Positions 34,857 through 44,958 of a stretch of DNA of 44,958 bases are shown here, piece after piece (positions within the stretch are counted from its first letter, which is position 1; the number at the start of each line of letters is the position of its first letter). Position numbers and translations under genes: made by a program. The DNA is taken from NCBI GenBank assembly GCA_002269645.1, contig NIVC01004465.1, forward strand, positions 1 through 44,958, in the 5' to 3' direction. This stretch comes from Macrostomum lignano (Eukaryota). A model generated the notes under the pieces. That model searched no databases and was not told the origin of the DNA. It saw nothing but the letters and a program-made list of their open reading frames with translations.

Positions 34857-37110
34857 AAAGCTAATGCTGCTAGTACTGCGAGTAGTATTATTAGCAGCGA
34901 AGACTATTGGGGCCCAGCATTGGAGCCTATCGGATGTTGGAGCACGGCGCCTACTGTAGAGTGTTCCGCAGCTCCTGTTGGACCGTTTGCGACGGCACAG
35001 TCTGTCACATCAGCTACTACTACTAATAGTACTACTACTAGTAGTACCGGCGCGTCACTTTAAACATCTTTGTACGTTTGAGTCTGTTTAGTTGTATAGC
35101 GGTTTATAACATTAATTAGTTGATTTATACGCACCCAATATATGTTAAAATAGGCCTGCTATGTTTACATATCCTCCTCATTTAAATTGTCTTTTTTCAA
35201 ACATTCTTGTCTCGTCTTGTCTTGGCATTATTTGTTCGGAATTTTCTACAACACACTTGACATTTTTTCAAGCAGCCTGCATCTGATTTAATACCTAAAT
35301 TTAATAGTAATCATTGTATTAGACTGTCTTGCATTTTGTGTAGTTCTCGGTCTGTGTATCTCTGCCTGTTAAGGTCCCTACAGTTAATTATTAGTATAAG
35401 CTTAGCGAATTAAAGAACGCATTTTTCTAGCTAAAACTACCCCAGTTATAAGATTTTTGTTAACTGTGTGTTGTATGCTTATGTATTTTGTAGGAATTTT
35501 CGTCACTTTACCAGGACCGTACGTCTTTTGTTTGTCATGCGTCCCTTCTTAACTCCAGACTATGCGCAGCCGAACTCGCCCGAGTTAAGTGATCACAGGG
35601 GACTCTGATTCTTTGTGTACGATACTTCGTTGATTCGTATGACTTTTTACCTGTTATTACTACTGTTTATTTATTATATGCCTGACTATACAAGTAAAAA
35701 TTACCCCCCATTCCACAGCTTATCATATGCGGAATTCAATTTTATATGGCCATACGGGTAATAGGTTCATTTATCTGTTTAAATTTACTTGTTTGATTAT
35801 TAGACCCTACTTGTCGCTATCTGTTAATTTGTTTGCTGGTGTTTTGTGTATCGAGCCTAAATTTATAAATCAAAATTTTGTAATTTAATTTTATTAGTAT
35901 AACCGCGTAGCTATACTGTAAATAATTTGTTAGCTAATTTTTCGTATAAATGTTTCGGCTACTGAAACATTGATCCACTATACAAGTATATCTTTAATAT
36001 TCGTGTAATTTTCATGATATTGCAAATAGATAGGACAATTTGGAAACGTGATTGGCGTTCGTGCCAATATTCAGTGTTTATATAGCCAAGCTTCTACTGA
36101 AATTCTTCATATGTTAGACTAATTTGAGCAAACATGATAATAAAATCGTCTTTAGGTTCTTGCTACGCCCCATTACAATTATTACATGCAAATACCAACT
36201 AAATTTTTAGCCAATATCAAGTGGACTATTCATATTCTAATTTCTTCCAAAGTCTAAATTTATCGGATTAGTCAGAAAACGACCTAAAGCTCCAAGTAAA
36301 GGTACAAGTACAAGCGAAACGGTATTTCGATGAGACAAACAGTTCTGTACTTTCCCGTTATTTACAGAAATTAAGGTGAAAAATCTCGAATACTTTAAAA
36401 GCAAAAACATAACTGTTTGATTTTGTTATACAAAGAAATAGAGAAAGTGAAGTGTTTTGACTAGTAGCTTAGACGAAAATTTGTTTTACCGCAATGAATC
36501 TTTAAACAAATTTTAACTGTACAACAACAATTTACTTAGGGGAATTTTCGCGCCATCATTAACCAGCTTGTTGGCTTATATTAGAATTATTACCATCTAC
36601 TTTACTGTTCACGCAGATCCGTAGAGTTTTTGGTTGTTGCAAAATTAAGAAATAGAGGATCCATTCATTCTTTTGCTCTGATTTTTTCCAATTAGACGGG
36701 TTCAGTGTTCTGTGCAATTTTAAATCGCAAACTTCTGCCATACATAAGAAAAAAGATTCATATAGTTTGTTTACTATCATTGATAATTGTGTTTGTAATT
36801 GTAAATCATGTCTTCTACTTCTAACAGTGCATATCAGATATCCAATCTTTTGGATAAGGTAAGCAAACCCTAACTGGCTTATAGGCAAAATTAGCTTGTA
36901 GCTTGTAGCACAATTTTTAGGCCTTAGATTTTTATCAATATCTAAGTAATCAAATCAAGCATTCAATCAATCAATCAATCAAGCTAGGAAATCAACATAT
37001 AATGCTTCTTTTTAATCTTCTGAATGTTCTGATTCGTTACATAACCTATTCTGCAATTCATGGTTATCAAGCTATTATTATATTCTATAAACATCCACAT
37101 AATGTCATAG

Positions 37111-37609
37111 GCAGCATAGTTCTAGTTTACTTCGTTATATTATTTCATAATTCTACTTTACTTCGTTATATTAATTTCATGTATTTTCTTGCAATGCCAC
37201 ATGCTAGGCCCCCCTACCCAGGACCTGTATCATCACCAATGGCTGGCTGGCCTATGCTGGGCTACAGAATCACGCAGTGGTAAACCACTGTCTATATTTC
37301 ATGGATCCGGCTGACTTAACAGTGCACACAAACCACATCGAGGGGATGTGGGCCCTGGCCAAGAGGCGCCTATACGCCATGCATGGAATGAGCGACACGC
37401 TTTTTGAGGCCCATCTTGAGGAGTACATCCATCTGGCGCCGCATGTACCATAACAAACAACCCCTTTGGCGCCGTGCTGTACTGGGCCTCTGTTTATTAT
37501 CCTGTTTAGGACTTGACTTAACCTTGAACCTGAAATTGATAGAAAAACAGGGTAAAATAATTTAACAAAAGGCAGAATAATATAACGAAGTAAACTAGAA
37601 CTATGCCCC
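37111..37609 (+). mobile_element. Internally deleted Merlin (IS1016/ISXO2-like) DNA transposon
   Basis: Perfect 31-bp inverted repeat GCATAGTTCTAGTTTACTTCGTTATATTATT (37114-37144 and 37576-37606). 37214-37509 reads LPRTCIITNGWLAYAGLQNHAVVNHCLYFMDPADLTVHTNHIEGMWALAKRRL...FEAHLEEYI(fs)WRR(fs)NPFGAVLYWASVYYPV*, matching the ISXO2/Merlin motifs SDxW.aY..L, H..VNH..F.DP, HTN.IE..W...K and YL.E..WR. Exact outer ends and TSD are ambiguous. Confidence 0.85.
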
Positions 37610-38434
37610 ATAGGCCTATAGTTGTGTATAGATTGTCAAAAAACTTATGAAGTTATATGGACTTTTTGTAAAAGGCTTGTGCAATTAAAAAATTAGAAGT
37701 TAACATGTAGCAGCTTCATTAAATGAGTGAGACAGGAAGTGGTGTTTTTTGTATTCACTTTTTTATTATTAAAAAGTCAGATGAAGGTTGCTTATTAGCT
37801 GGGTTTGCCTGGTATATAGAAAAAGTAACAGTGTTCTCAAAATTTCTCAAGGATTATAATAACAATATTATATTATAATATATAAATGCCTTTAATAATA
37901 TGCTATACTTAAAGACATGGGGACTGTATAATGCAGAAACTTATAGACATGGCCGCCATGTCAATGAAACTTGCACAGCAGCTATATAGTTAATATTGAA
38001 TGGGTTCACACTTAGAGACACAATGGGTGGCCATGTTGTTAATATTGAATGGGTTCATACTTAAAAGTGTGTCTCTAATATTGGAGCTTATAGGCATGGC
38101 TGCTATGCCATGTATATAATCATTGATTGGATGAAAACATTGATTGATTGAAAAGTCTGTTTTTTTAATTTGACATTTTCTAAAATTAAATTAAATTTTA
38201 ATTTTTAAGAGTAACAGGAAATCATTTTAAAGTGCAGCTGCAATTATATATATAGCTTGTACTGAAAAAGAATTTTTTTTTGATACATTTTAGTTGCATT
38301 TTAAGATTCAATGTTACATTTATTAAAAAAATTATTTAATTAAATTAATTAATTATTTTATTTTAATTCAAAAACTTAAAAAGTTCAAGACAAAAATTTC
38401 TATTTGCTAAAAAAATCAAATAAAAAAACTCCAA

Positions 38435-38505
38435 CCACTTGGGATTCTAACCTTGCTACATGCAATCTCAAGGCAATTGTCTTATCTATTAAGCCACCAT
38501 TTGAT
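38435..38505 (-). other. Degenerate tRNA-derived/SINE-head-like remnant
   Basis: The minus strand reads GGTGGCTTAATAGATAAG (A-box-like)...GGTTAGAATCCC (B-box-like) at tRNA-like spacing. Confidence 0.35.
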
Positions 38506-38625
38506 TGTGAGAGTGCCCTACAAAACATGCTTTTTATATCAATGATTATAGCCATGCCTATAAGCTCAAATATTATAGACATGGCTGCTATGCCTATAAG
38601 TACCCGTTGATAATAATATGACTAA

Positions 38626-38648
38626 TCTCTACATATAAAAATCAAAAC

Positions 38649-38681
<33 letters not shown>

Positions 38682-41437
38682 AGACAATTTTGATCGCTAT
38701 GGACTCCCAAACTGCTCAACCAAATGACACCAAACTTTACACCCACCCTAAACTTACTACAGAGAGTGTCTTAGGCTACTTTTAAATTTCCTAAATTTGA
38801 GTCTTCCCACCTAAAAGTGCAAAAAACTGCTCAAAATGCGAGATTTTTTTACTAAATCCTCCATAGCACCGCTCCACTTCTACCAATCTTCTTCAAATTT
38901 GACGCAATCAATCTTCAACTATTTTGACACAATCGTGTAAAATTTCAAATCTGAAAGTTAATCCTGAACGGCGCTGTGCACTTTTAAAGTTTGGCTGTTT
39001 TTTTCAGCGAGGCAGCCACCCCAACCTCCGCCCGCCTGCCTCTCTTTCCCGATCTGGGCAAAGGGTGTGAATAGGTTTTAAAATGCCTAACTTTGGGCTG
39101 CCATAGTTTTGCTCCACGTGAAGCGATTGACTTCAAATTTGACACAATTCTTTATTGACTTATTCTCTGCCTACATGTAAAGTCTCAACTCTGTATCTCA
39201 ATCAGGACAGAAACTGTAAGCATGTGAAGTTTGTCTGCTTTTTCTGTTGTTTGTGCCGCTCACTCACTCATTCCCCCAGCCCAGACAAAGGGTCAGGCAA
39301 TAGGGCTCAATGTACTTAGCAAATATACAGTGTTTTGGAATAACTTTTTAATAGCCTTCTCGGCACCCTGCGCGTGGAGAGGCTACGTTTAGCCATGACA
39401 GTTTAGCGAGAGATTCAAACCAGTGTCCTTTGTATAGACAAGTCTGCAGCCGTTTAACAGTGGATGGCAAATCAAGGCGATGTGGGATGGTTTGTAAAAA
39501 TAGCGAGAAATTAATGAATAACTGATTAGTAGTGATTACAATGCAATCCTACTAAATTAGTTACACCATGAAAATTTTAACATTAAGATTCGCATAAGGT
39601 ACTTTAAAATTTAAATGGCTCCTAAGAAATACGTATTTCCTTGGTTGCTAGACTGCTGCAGACTGTGGTAGTGGAGCTGGGCTAGAGGGAGATACACAAA
39701 TTCCTCTCAGGGCTGCTAATTGGCCAGAAATACGATGTGATTAAAGCATAACAACCATGAGAGTACTACGTCCCACAAACGCTTTCGAAGCGGGGATTGG
39801 CAGACTTTAACCTCAAATGCCAGATAAAGAATCAAGCTCATGGCTGATGAGATGAGAGTGAAAAGGAGAAGGAATAGACTATAAGAAGAGAGAAGAAGCG
39901 AGAGGAGGATAAGAGAAAAGATAGAAGACAAGAAGAGACATGATGGGGTAAGGATAAGGAGTGAGCAGATAATATTGGAGTAAGAAGCGAGAGGAGGGGA
40001 GAGAGAAGAGAGAGGAAAGAGTAGAAGTGAGAAGAGGGAGAGAGAAGATGGGAGAGATGAGACAGGATCGATGACAGAGGAGAGTAGAGAAGAGAGTAGA
40101 GATGAGATATGAAGGAGGAGAGAGCAGAGTGCAGAAAGGCGAGAGAAGAGAATAGAGGGGAGAGAGTATAGAAGAGAGAAGAGAAGAGGAGTGAGGAAAG
40201 AGAGTAATCAGAAGAGGGTAAAGAGAAGAGTACACTAAAGATTGGAGAGTACAGATGACAGAAAAGAGAGGGAATGAGAGTGAACACGATATCTGAGAGG
40301 AGAGAGGAGAGAGGAGTCAGATGAGGGGAAAGAGAAGAGTACAGAGGAGAGAGGTGAGAACATACGAGTATATGAGAGTAAAGATGACAGATGAGAGAGG
40401 GAAGATAAGACTGAGAGAGCAAAGATGAGAGTGAACACACGAGAGATGGGAGAGTAGAGAGAAAAGAGGATAGATAAGAAATAAGAGATGAGAGATGAAA
40501 GGTGAGACAAAGGGAGAGAGAGAGAGAGAGAGAGAGAGAAGTGAGTGAGGAAAGAGGAGGGGAGGGGAGAGAATCGAGAGGACAGGGGAAAGAGGGGAAA
40601 GGATGAGAGAGGGGAGAGGAGAGAGAGGGAGAGATAGAGGTAGAGAGCATGCAGAGAGAAATGAGAAGAGATAAGAGAGAAAAGATAAAAGAAGAAAAAG
40701 GAGAGATAGATAAGAGAGCAAAGACGAGAGAGGAGAGGTGAAGGAAGAGACGATAGAAGAGAGGAAAGAGAAGAGAGGAGAGGAGAGAGACAAGAGAGTA
40801 CAGAGGAGGGAGGAGAGGAGAAGTGTTCGGAGAGGGTAGAGTAAGGAGTGAAGAGAGAGGGAAGAGAGAATAGAGAGCAGAGAGAAGTAGAGAGAGCAGA
40901 GAGAAGATAGTAGAGAGCAGAGAGAAGATAGAAGAGAGCAGAGAGAAAATAGAGTAAGAGAGAGAGAGATAGAGAGAATAGAGAGAGAAATGGGAAGAGA
41001 TAAAACAGGAGAAAGGGAGAGATAAGAGAGCAGAGACGAGAGAGGAGAGGAGAGGAGAGAAAATAATAAGAGGGAATAGATGAGAGAAGAGGGGATAGAG
41101 GAGAGAGAGAAGAGACCATAGACCAGAGAGAAGAAAGAAACAGAAGAGAAGGTAGAGATAGAAGTTTCTAAGGATCCAACTTCCAAGGGACATAAGGAGA
41201 GGCAGAGGCCATGAGTTTGCCTGACATTCTGTGCAGCACCCCAACCAACAATATTAATGTTTGCTTCAAATACTAATTGTACATGAATGTACTCTATTTT
41301 ATGTTTAACTCTATCCTAAATTCCTAACTATTAAAAAGTTTTTGTTTAAGTATGGGCTCAGATTTCAGAATACATGCAAAAATAGTTCCGGGGATTGGAA
41401 TTCCCCGGGTTCAAATTCTGCGGGTTTCAACAGCTTG
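38626..41437 (+). mobile_element. Non-autonomous Helitron, family copy 2, with a 1.3-kb GA-rich tract
   Basis: Same termini as 19791-22144 (A|TCTCTACATATAAAAATC ... GCGGGTTTCAACAGCTTG|T). Collinear blocks 38626-38773, 38776-39006 and about 41170-41437 match copy 1. Confidence 0.72.
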
Positions 41438-41707
41438 TATTATAATAATTAAACTATAAAGTTTGTAAAGTTTAAGCATAGAAATGTTTTGTTATAGAAA
41501 TTTGCAAAAAAGTGGAAAAAATTTATTTATTTAATTAAGAAAATTTTACCAATATCAGATGCCTTAAGTTGACAAAACTTTCTAGATATTAGGTAAATTA
41601 GAATTATGCTAACTAGCAAGATGTTGCAAGCATGAATTATTTAAAAAGGTTTGTATTATACTTGTGATACGAAATAGAAGCCATAGTCTAGAAGATGGCC
41701 TTTATGC

Positions 41708-42139
41708 TAGGGGGCGACCCAGTCCCAGGCCCAAAAAGTCGGGAATCCTGACCAAAATCAGGGCCTTACCAGGGCCTGGGCCTGACCCTAAAAAGTCAAG
41801 AAATTGGGACAAGTCTTTTTTCTCTAAAGGCACTAACCGCATGCAAATATTTGATATTTTGATCATATTTTGATATTTTGATAAATATTTGAGTCTTGTA
41901 ATATAACTCTTGTCTATTCTTAAATCTTAACTAATTTATTATAATAATAATAATATTTATTATATATTTAATAGTACTAATCCGCATATGCTAAAAGTAT
42001 TAAGATTTATTATGATTTTTTTCCAATTCTTAAGCTGTCCTAAAGATCTTGTCCCGAATTCCTGAGGCCTGACCCCGGCCCAAGTCCTCATTCCTGGGCC
42101 CAACCCAGGCCCAACTTTGGCCATCCTGGTCACCCCCTA
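41708..42139. mobile_element. 432-bp hAT-type MITE
   Basis: TIR TAGGGGG(C/T)GACC (11/12); 8-bp TSD CTTTATGC (41700-41707) versus CTTTACGC (42140-42147); subterminal GGGCC/GGCCC repeats. Confidence 0.85.
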
Positions 42140-42947
42140 CTTTACGCTGGAATTTTCAGGCATATTTTTGCTCTTGCTGACAATCTTGGCATATGCTTGT
42201 GTATAGAATTTTCAGGTTAAACATAAAGTGTACACTGTTGTGTGTGCAAAAAATAGCCAAGTTCAAGGCTAATGTAATTGTGTAGTTAAATATCAACCAA
42301 TGGCAAAAGCTCTTTAAAAATAATTGGAAAATAAAATAGAATATATTAATACAATCACAAGAAAATTAAAACAAAGAATATCAATTTTTAGCAAAAAACA
42401 GCTGTTTTAAAGTTTAGTAAAAGTTTTGAATTCCTATAAATTCATTAAAAATGGTGTATAAGCAATTTTAGTTTTGGCATAACAATTTTTATTTATTTTA
42501 CATTGGCAAAAAATTGAAAAAAAACATGAATTTTCATTCCGGCATATGCCTGCCATTATCCGGACTATGGAATAGAAGTTTTACATGTATATTGTAAGAC
42601 AAAATCAGCTATCCAAAAACATTCTTTATTGTAAAAATTTCAAGAAAGTTCTTTATTGTTTAAATTACAAGAGTCTTTTATTGTTGCAATGTAAAAGAAA
42701 CTTGTGCATTTTAAAACATAAACTTGTGCAAAAAGTTCTGCATAAATTTCTGTTCCAAAATTGCTATGCAAAGGTTATATCCTGGCATATATATACTATT
42801 AGGAAGGCCCTAGCAAAACTAAAGGCACCATTGTTGTCACCATCACCATTGCCATTAAAGTTATTTATTAATGTCAATTATTCATGGTCTTAGGTATCAT
42901 CTCAATAGTAGCTAATACATAGATAAAAACAAACTGTTTTAACAGTA

Positions 42948-44805
42948 GAACTACCAAGGGAGGGGGGAAATTTCCCCCCCCCTGACAATTTTTTTTGCTG
43001 CGCCGGAACGGAGCAACGCAGGCACACGAAATTCAAGAACACGGGCTAACTTTTTGTTGCGCACCTTCTCAAACAAGAATCAAGTCGCCAGCCCTCCGGA
43101 CTGTCGAGATATTTGACGATTCTGCCAGAAGGTCGGATTTTTCCCATAAGCGCTAGTGTATTCAGTACACCCCTGTGCGCCAATTAGCACTGCGCCTCAG
43201 TGCAGCCTTGCCAAGTCTCCAAATTTCACCAGAACGTCGACCACACGTGTCTGCATCAGCTCTGACTTCGTTGGTCACTAGCCTTCACCCAGGTGGAGCT
43301 TCTGGACCCTCAACAGCTGTGGCACCAGGTGACTATGGACACCCTGATGCGGATTTCTCTAGTTTCGCCGATCAAGCCTCGACAGTGGGCAAGAATCAAC
43401 CGTCAGACATTCTCAGCTAGTCTCTCAAGCATTCCGTCATCATCTTGACGCCGTCGGCACCTTCAACAGATTACACCAGGTGACTATGGACACCCTGATG
43501 CGGATTTCTCTAGTTTCGCCGATCAAGCCTCGACAGTGGGCAAGAATCAACCGACAGAAATTCTCAGCTAGTCTCTAAAGCATTCCGTCATCATCCCGAC
43601 GCCGTCGGCTTCTTCAACAGATTACACCAGGTGACTATGGACATCCTGTTGCAAATATGTCAGGTTTTTCTTATCAAGCTCCAATAATGGGCAAACCTCA
43701 ACTACCGGACATTCTCAGCTAGTCTCTCGAGCATTCCGTCATCATCCTGACGCCGTCGGCACCTTCAACAGGTGGCACGAGGTGAGTAAGGACACCAGAG
43801 CGTGATTTTTCATCATGCGCCGAACATTCTGAAGCTCTCAATTTTTTTAAGCACGGACATTGCTATAGTTAAGCTTGAACTCATGTTGCTGTATATGTAT
43901 ATTATTATTGGGTTCTTATATTATAGTTCAATAACTAAACAGCTTGTCAAATAAAGTATGTATGTAGCTCGTATGTATAAAAGTATGTGTAATAATAATA
44001 TACATATACAGCAACATGAGTTCAAGCTTAACTATAGCAATGTCCGTGCTTAAAAAAATTTGAGAGCTTCAGAAATGTTCGGCGCATGATGAAAAATCAC
44101 GCTCTGGTGTCCTTACTCACCTCGTGCCACCTGTTGAAGGTGCCGACGGCGTCAGGATGATTACGGTATGCTTGAGAGACTAGCTAAGAATGTCTGACGG
44201 TTGATTCTTGCCCACTGTCGAGGCTTGATCGGCGAAACTAGAGAAATCAGCATCAGGGTGTCCATAGTCACCTGGTGTAATCTGTTGAAGGTGCCGGCGG
44301 CGTCGGGGTGGTGACGGAATGCTTGAGAGACTAGCTAAGAATGTCTGACGGTTGATTCTTGCCCACTGTCGAGGCTTTGATCGGCGAAACTAGAGAAATC
44401 AGCATCAGGGTGTCCATAGTCTCCTGGTGCCACAGCTGTTGAGGGTCCAGAAGCTCCACCTGGGTGAAGGCTAGTGACCAACGAAGTCAGAACTGATGCA
44501 GACACATGTGGTCGACGTGCTGATGAAATTTGGAGGCTTGGCAAGGCTGCACTGAGGCGCAGTGCTGATTGGCGCACAGGGGTGTACTGAATACACTAGC
44601 GCTTATGGGAAAAATCCGACCTTCTGGCAGAATCGTCGAATATCTCGACGGTCCGAACGGTGCTGGCGACTTGATTCTTGTTTGAGAAGGTGCGCAACAA
44701 AAAGTTAGCCCGTGTTCTTGAATTTCGTGTGCCTGCGTTGCTCCGTTCCGGCGCAGCGAAAAAAATTGTCAGGGGGGGGGAATTTCCCCCCCCCCTTGGT
44801 AGTTC
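42948..44805. mobile_element. 1.86-kb foldback palindrome (arms 42948-43909 and 43991-44805, 81-bp spacer)
   Basis: The arms are reverse complements with scattered substitutions. The left arm has three 151-bp units and the right arm two. Each outer end carries a G-run/AA(A)TTT/C-run hairpin. No TSD found. Confidence 0.85.
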
Positions 44806-44958
44806 GACGGGCGGAAAAATGGCTTGGTATTCCTACTGTTAATCAAATTTTATTATTCATTATATATTTTTATATGTTAATTATAATTTGTTAACTATGA
44901 TTATACTAAAGAACTTAAAATTTTGAGCACTAATGAAAGAACTGTTGTTTTTATAGTT

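Noticed and set aside
39700-39860. Possible LINE RT fragment (KRGLADFNLKCQ)
   Set aside because: Too short, flanked by stops, and no further motifs.
42948-44805. Palindrome as a fold-back read or amplification artefact
   Set aside because: The arms differ by many substitutions and one whole repeat unit, which a single-molecule artefact would not produce. Read-level confirmation is still advisable.

Overview
AT-rich metazoan (probably invertebrate) genomic DNA; the taxon cannot be fixed from sequence alone. Three spliced host genes were reconstructed by hand with phase-consistent GT-AG junctions: a syntaxin-7/12-like Qa-SNARE (minus, 4 coding exons, 262 aa), a MATH-BTB/SPOP-like adaptor (minus, 3 exons, 362 aa) and SMARCE1/BAF57 (plus, 3 exons, about 344 aa). 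All seven introns between their coding exons contain tandem repeats. The rest is dense with mobile DNA: a solo LTR, three non-autonomous Helitrons, a Merlin remnant, several MITEs and a 1.86-kb foldback palindrome. The standout is a 7.2-kb CMC/EnSpm-type DNA transposon (24497-31733, CCC termini, TA duplication). It carries a five-exon gene for a BEN-domain-like protein that no ORF in the track shows whole, because a MITE sits inside exon 3. It also carries a probable transposase C-terminal remnant and two further MITEs, and it ends 131 bp before the SMARCE1 ATG. Domain and family calls come from motif recognition by eye, not from searches.
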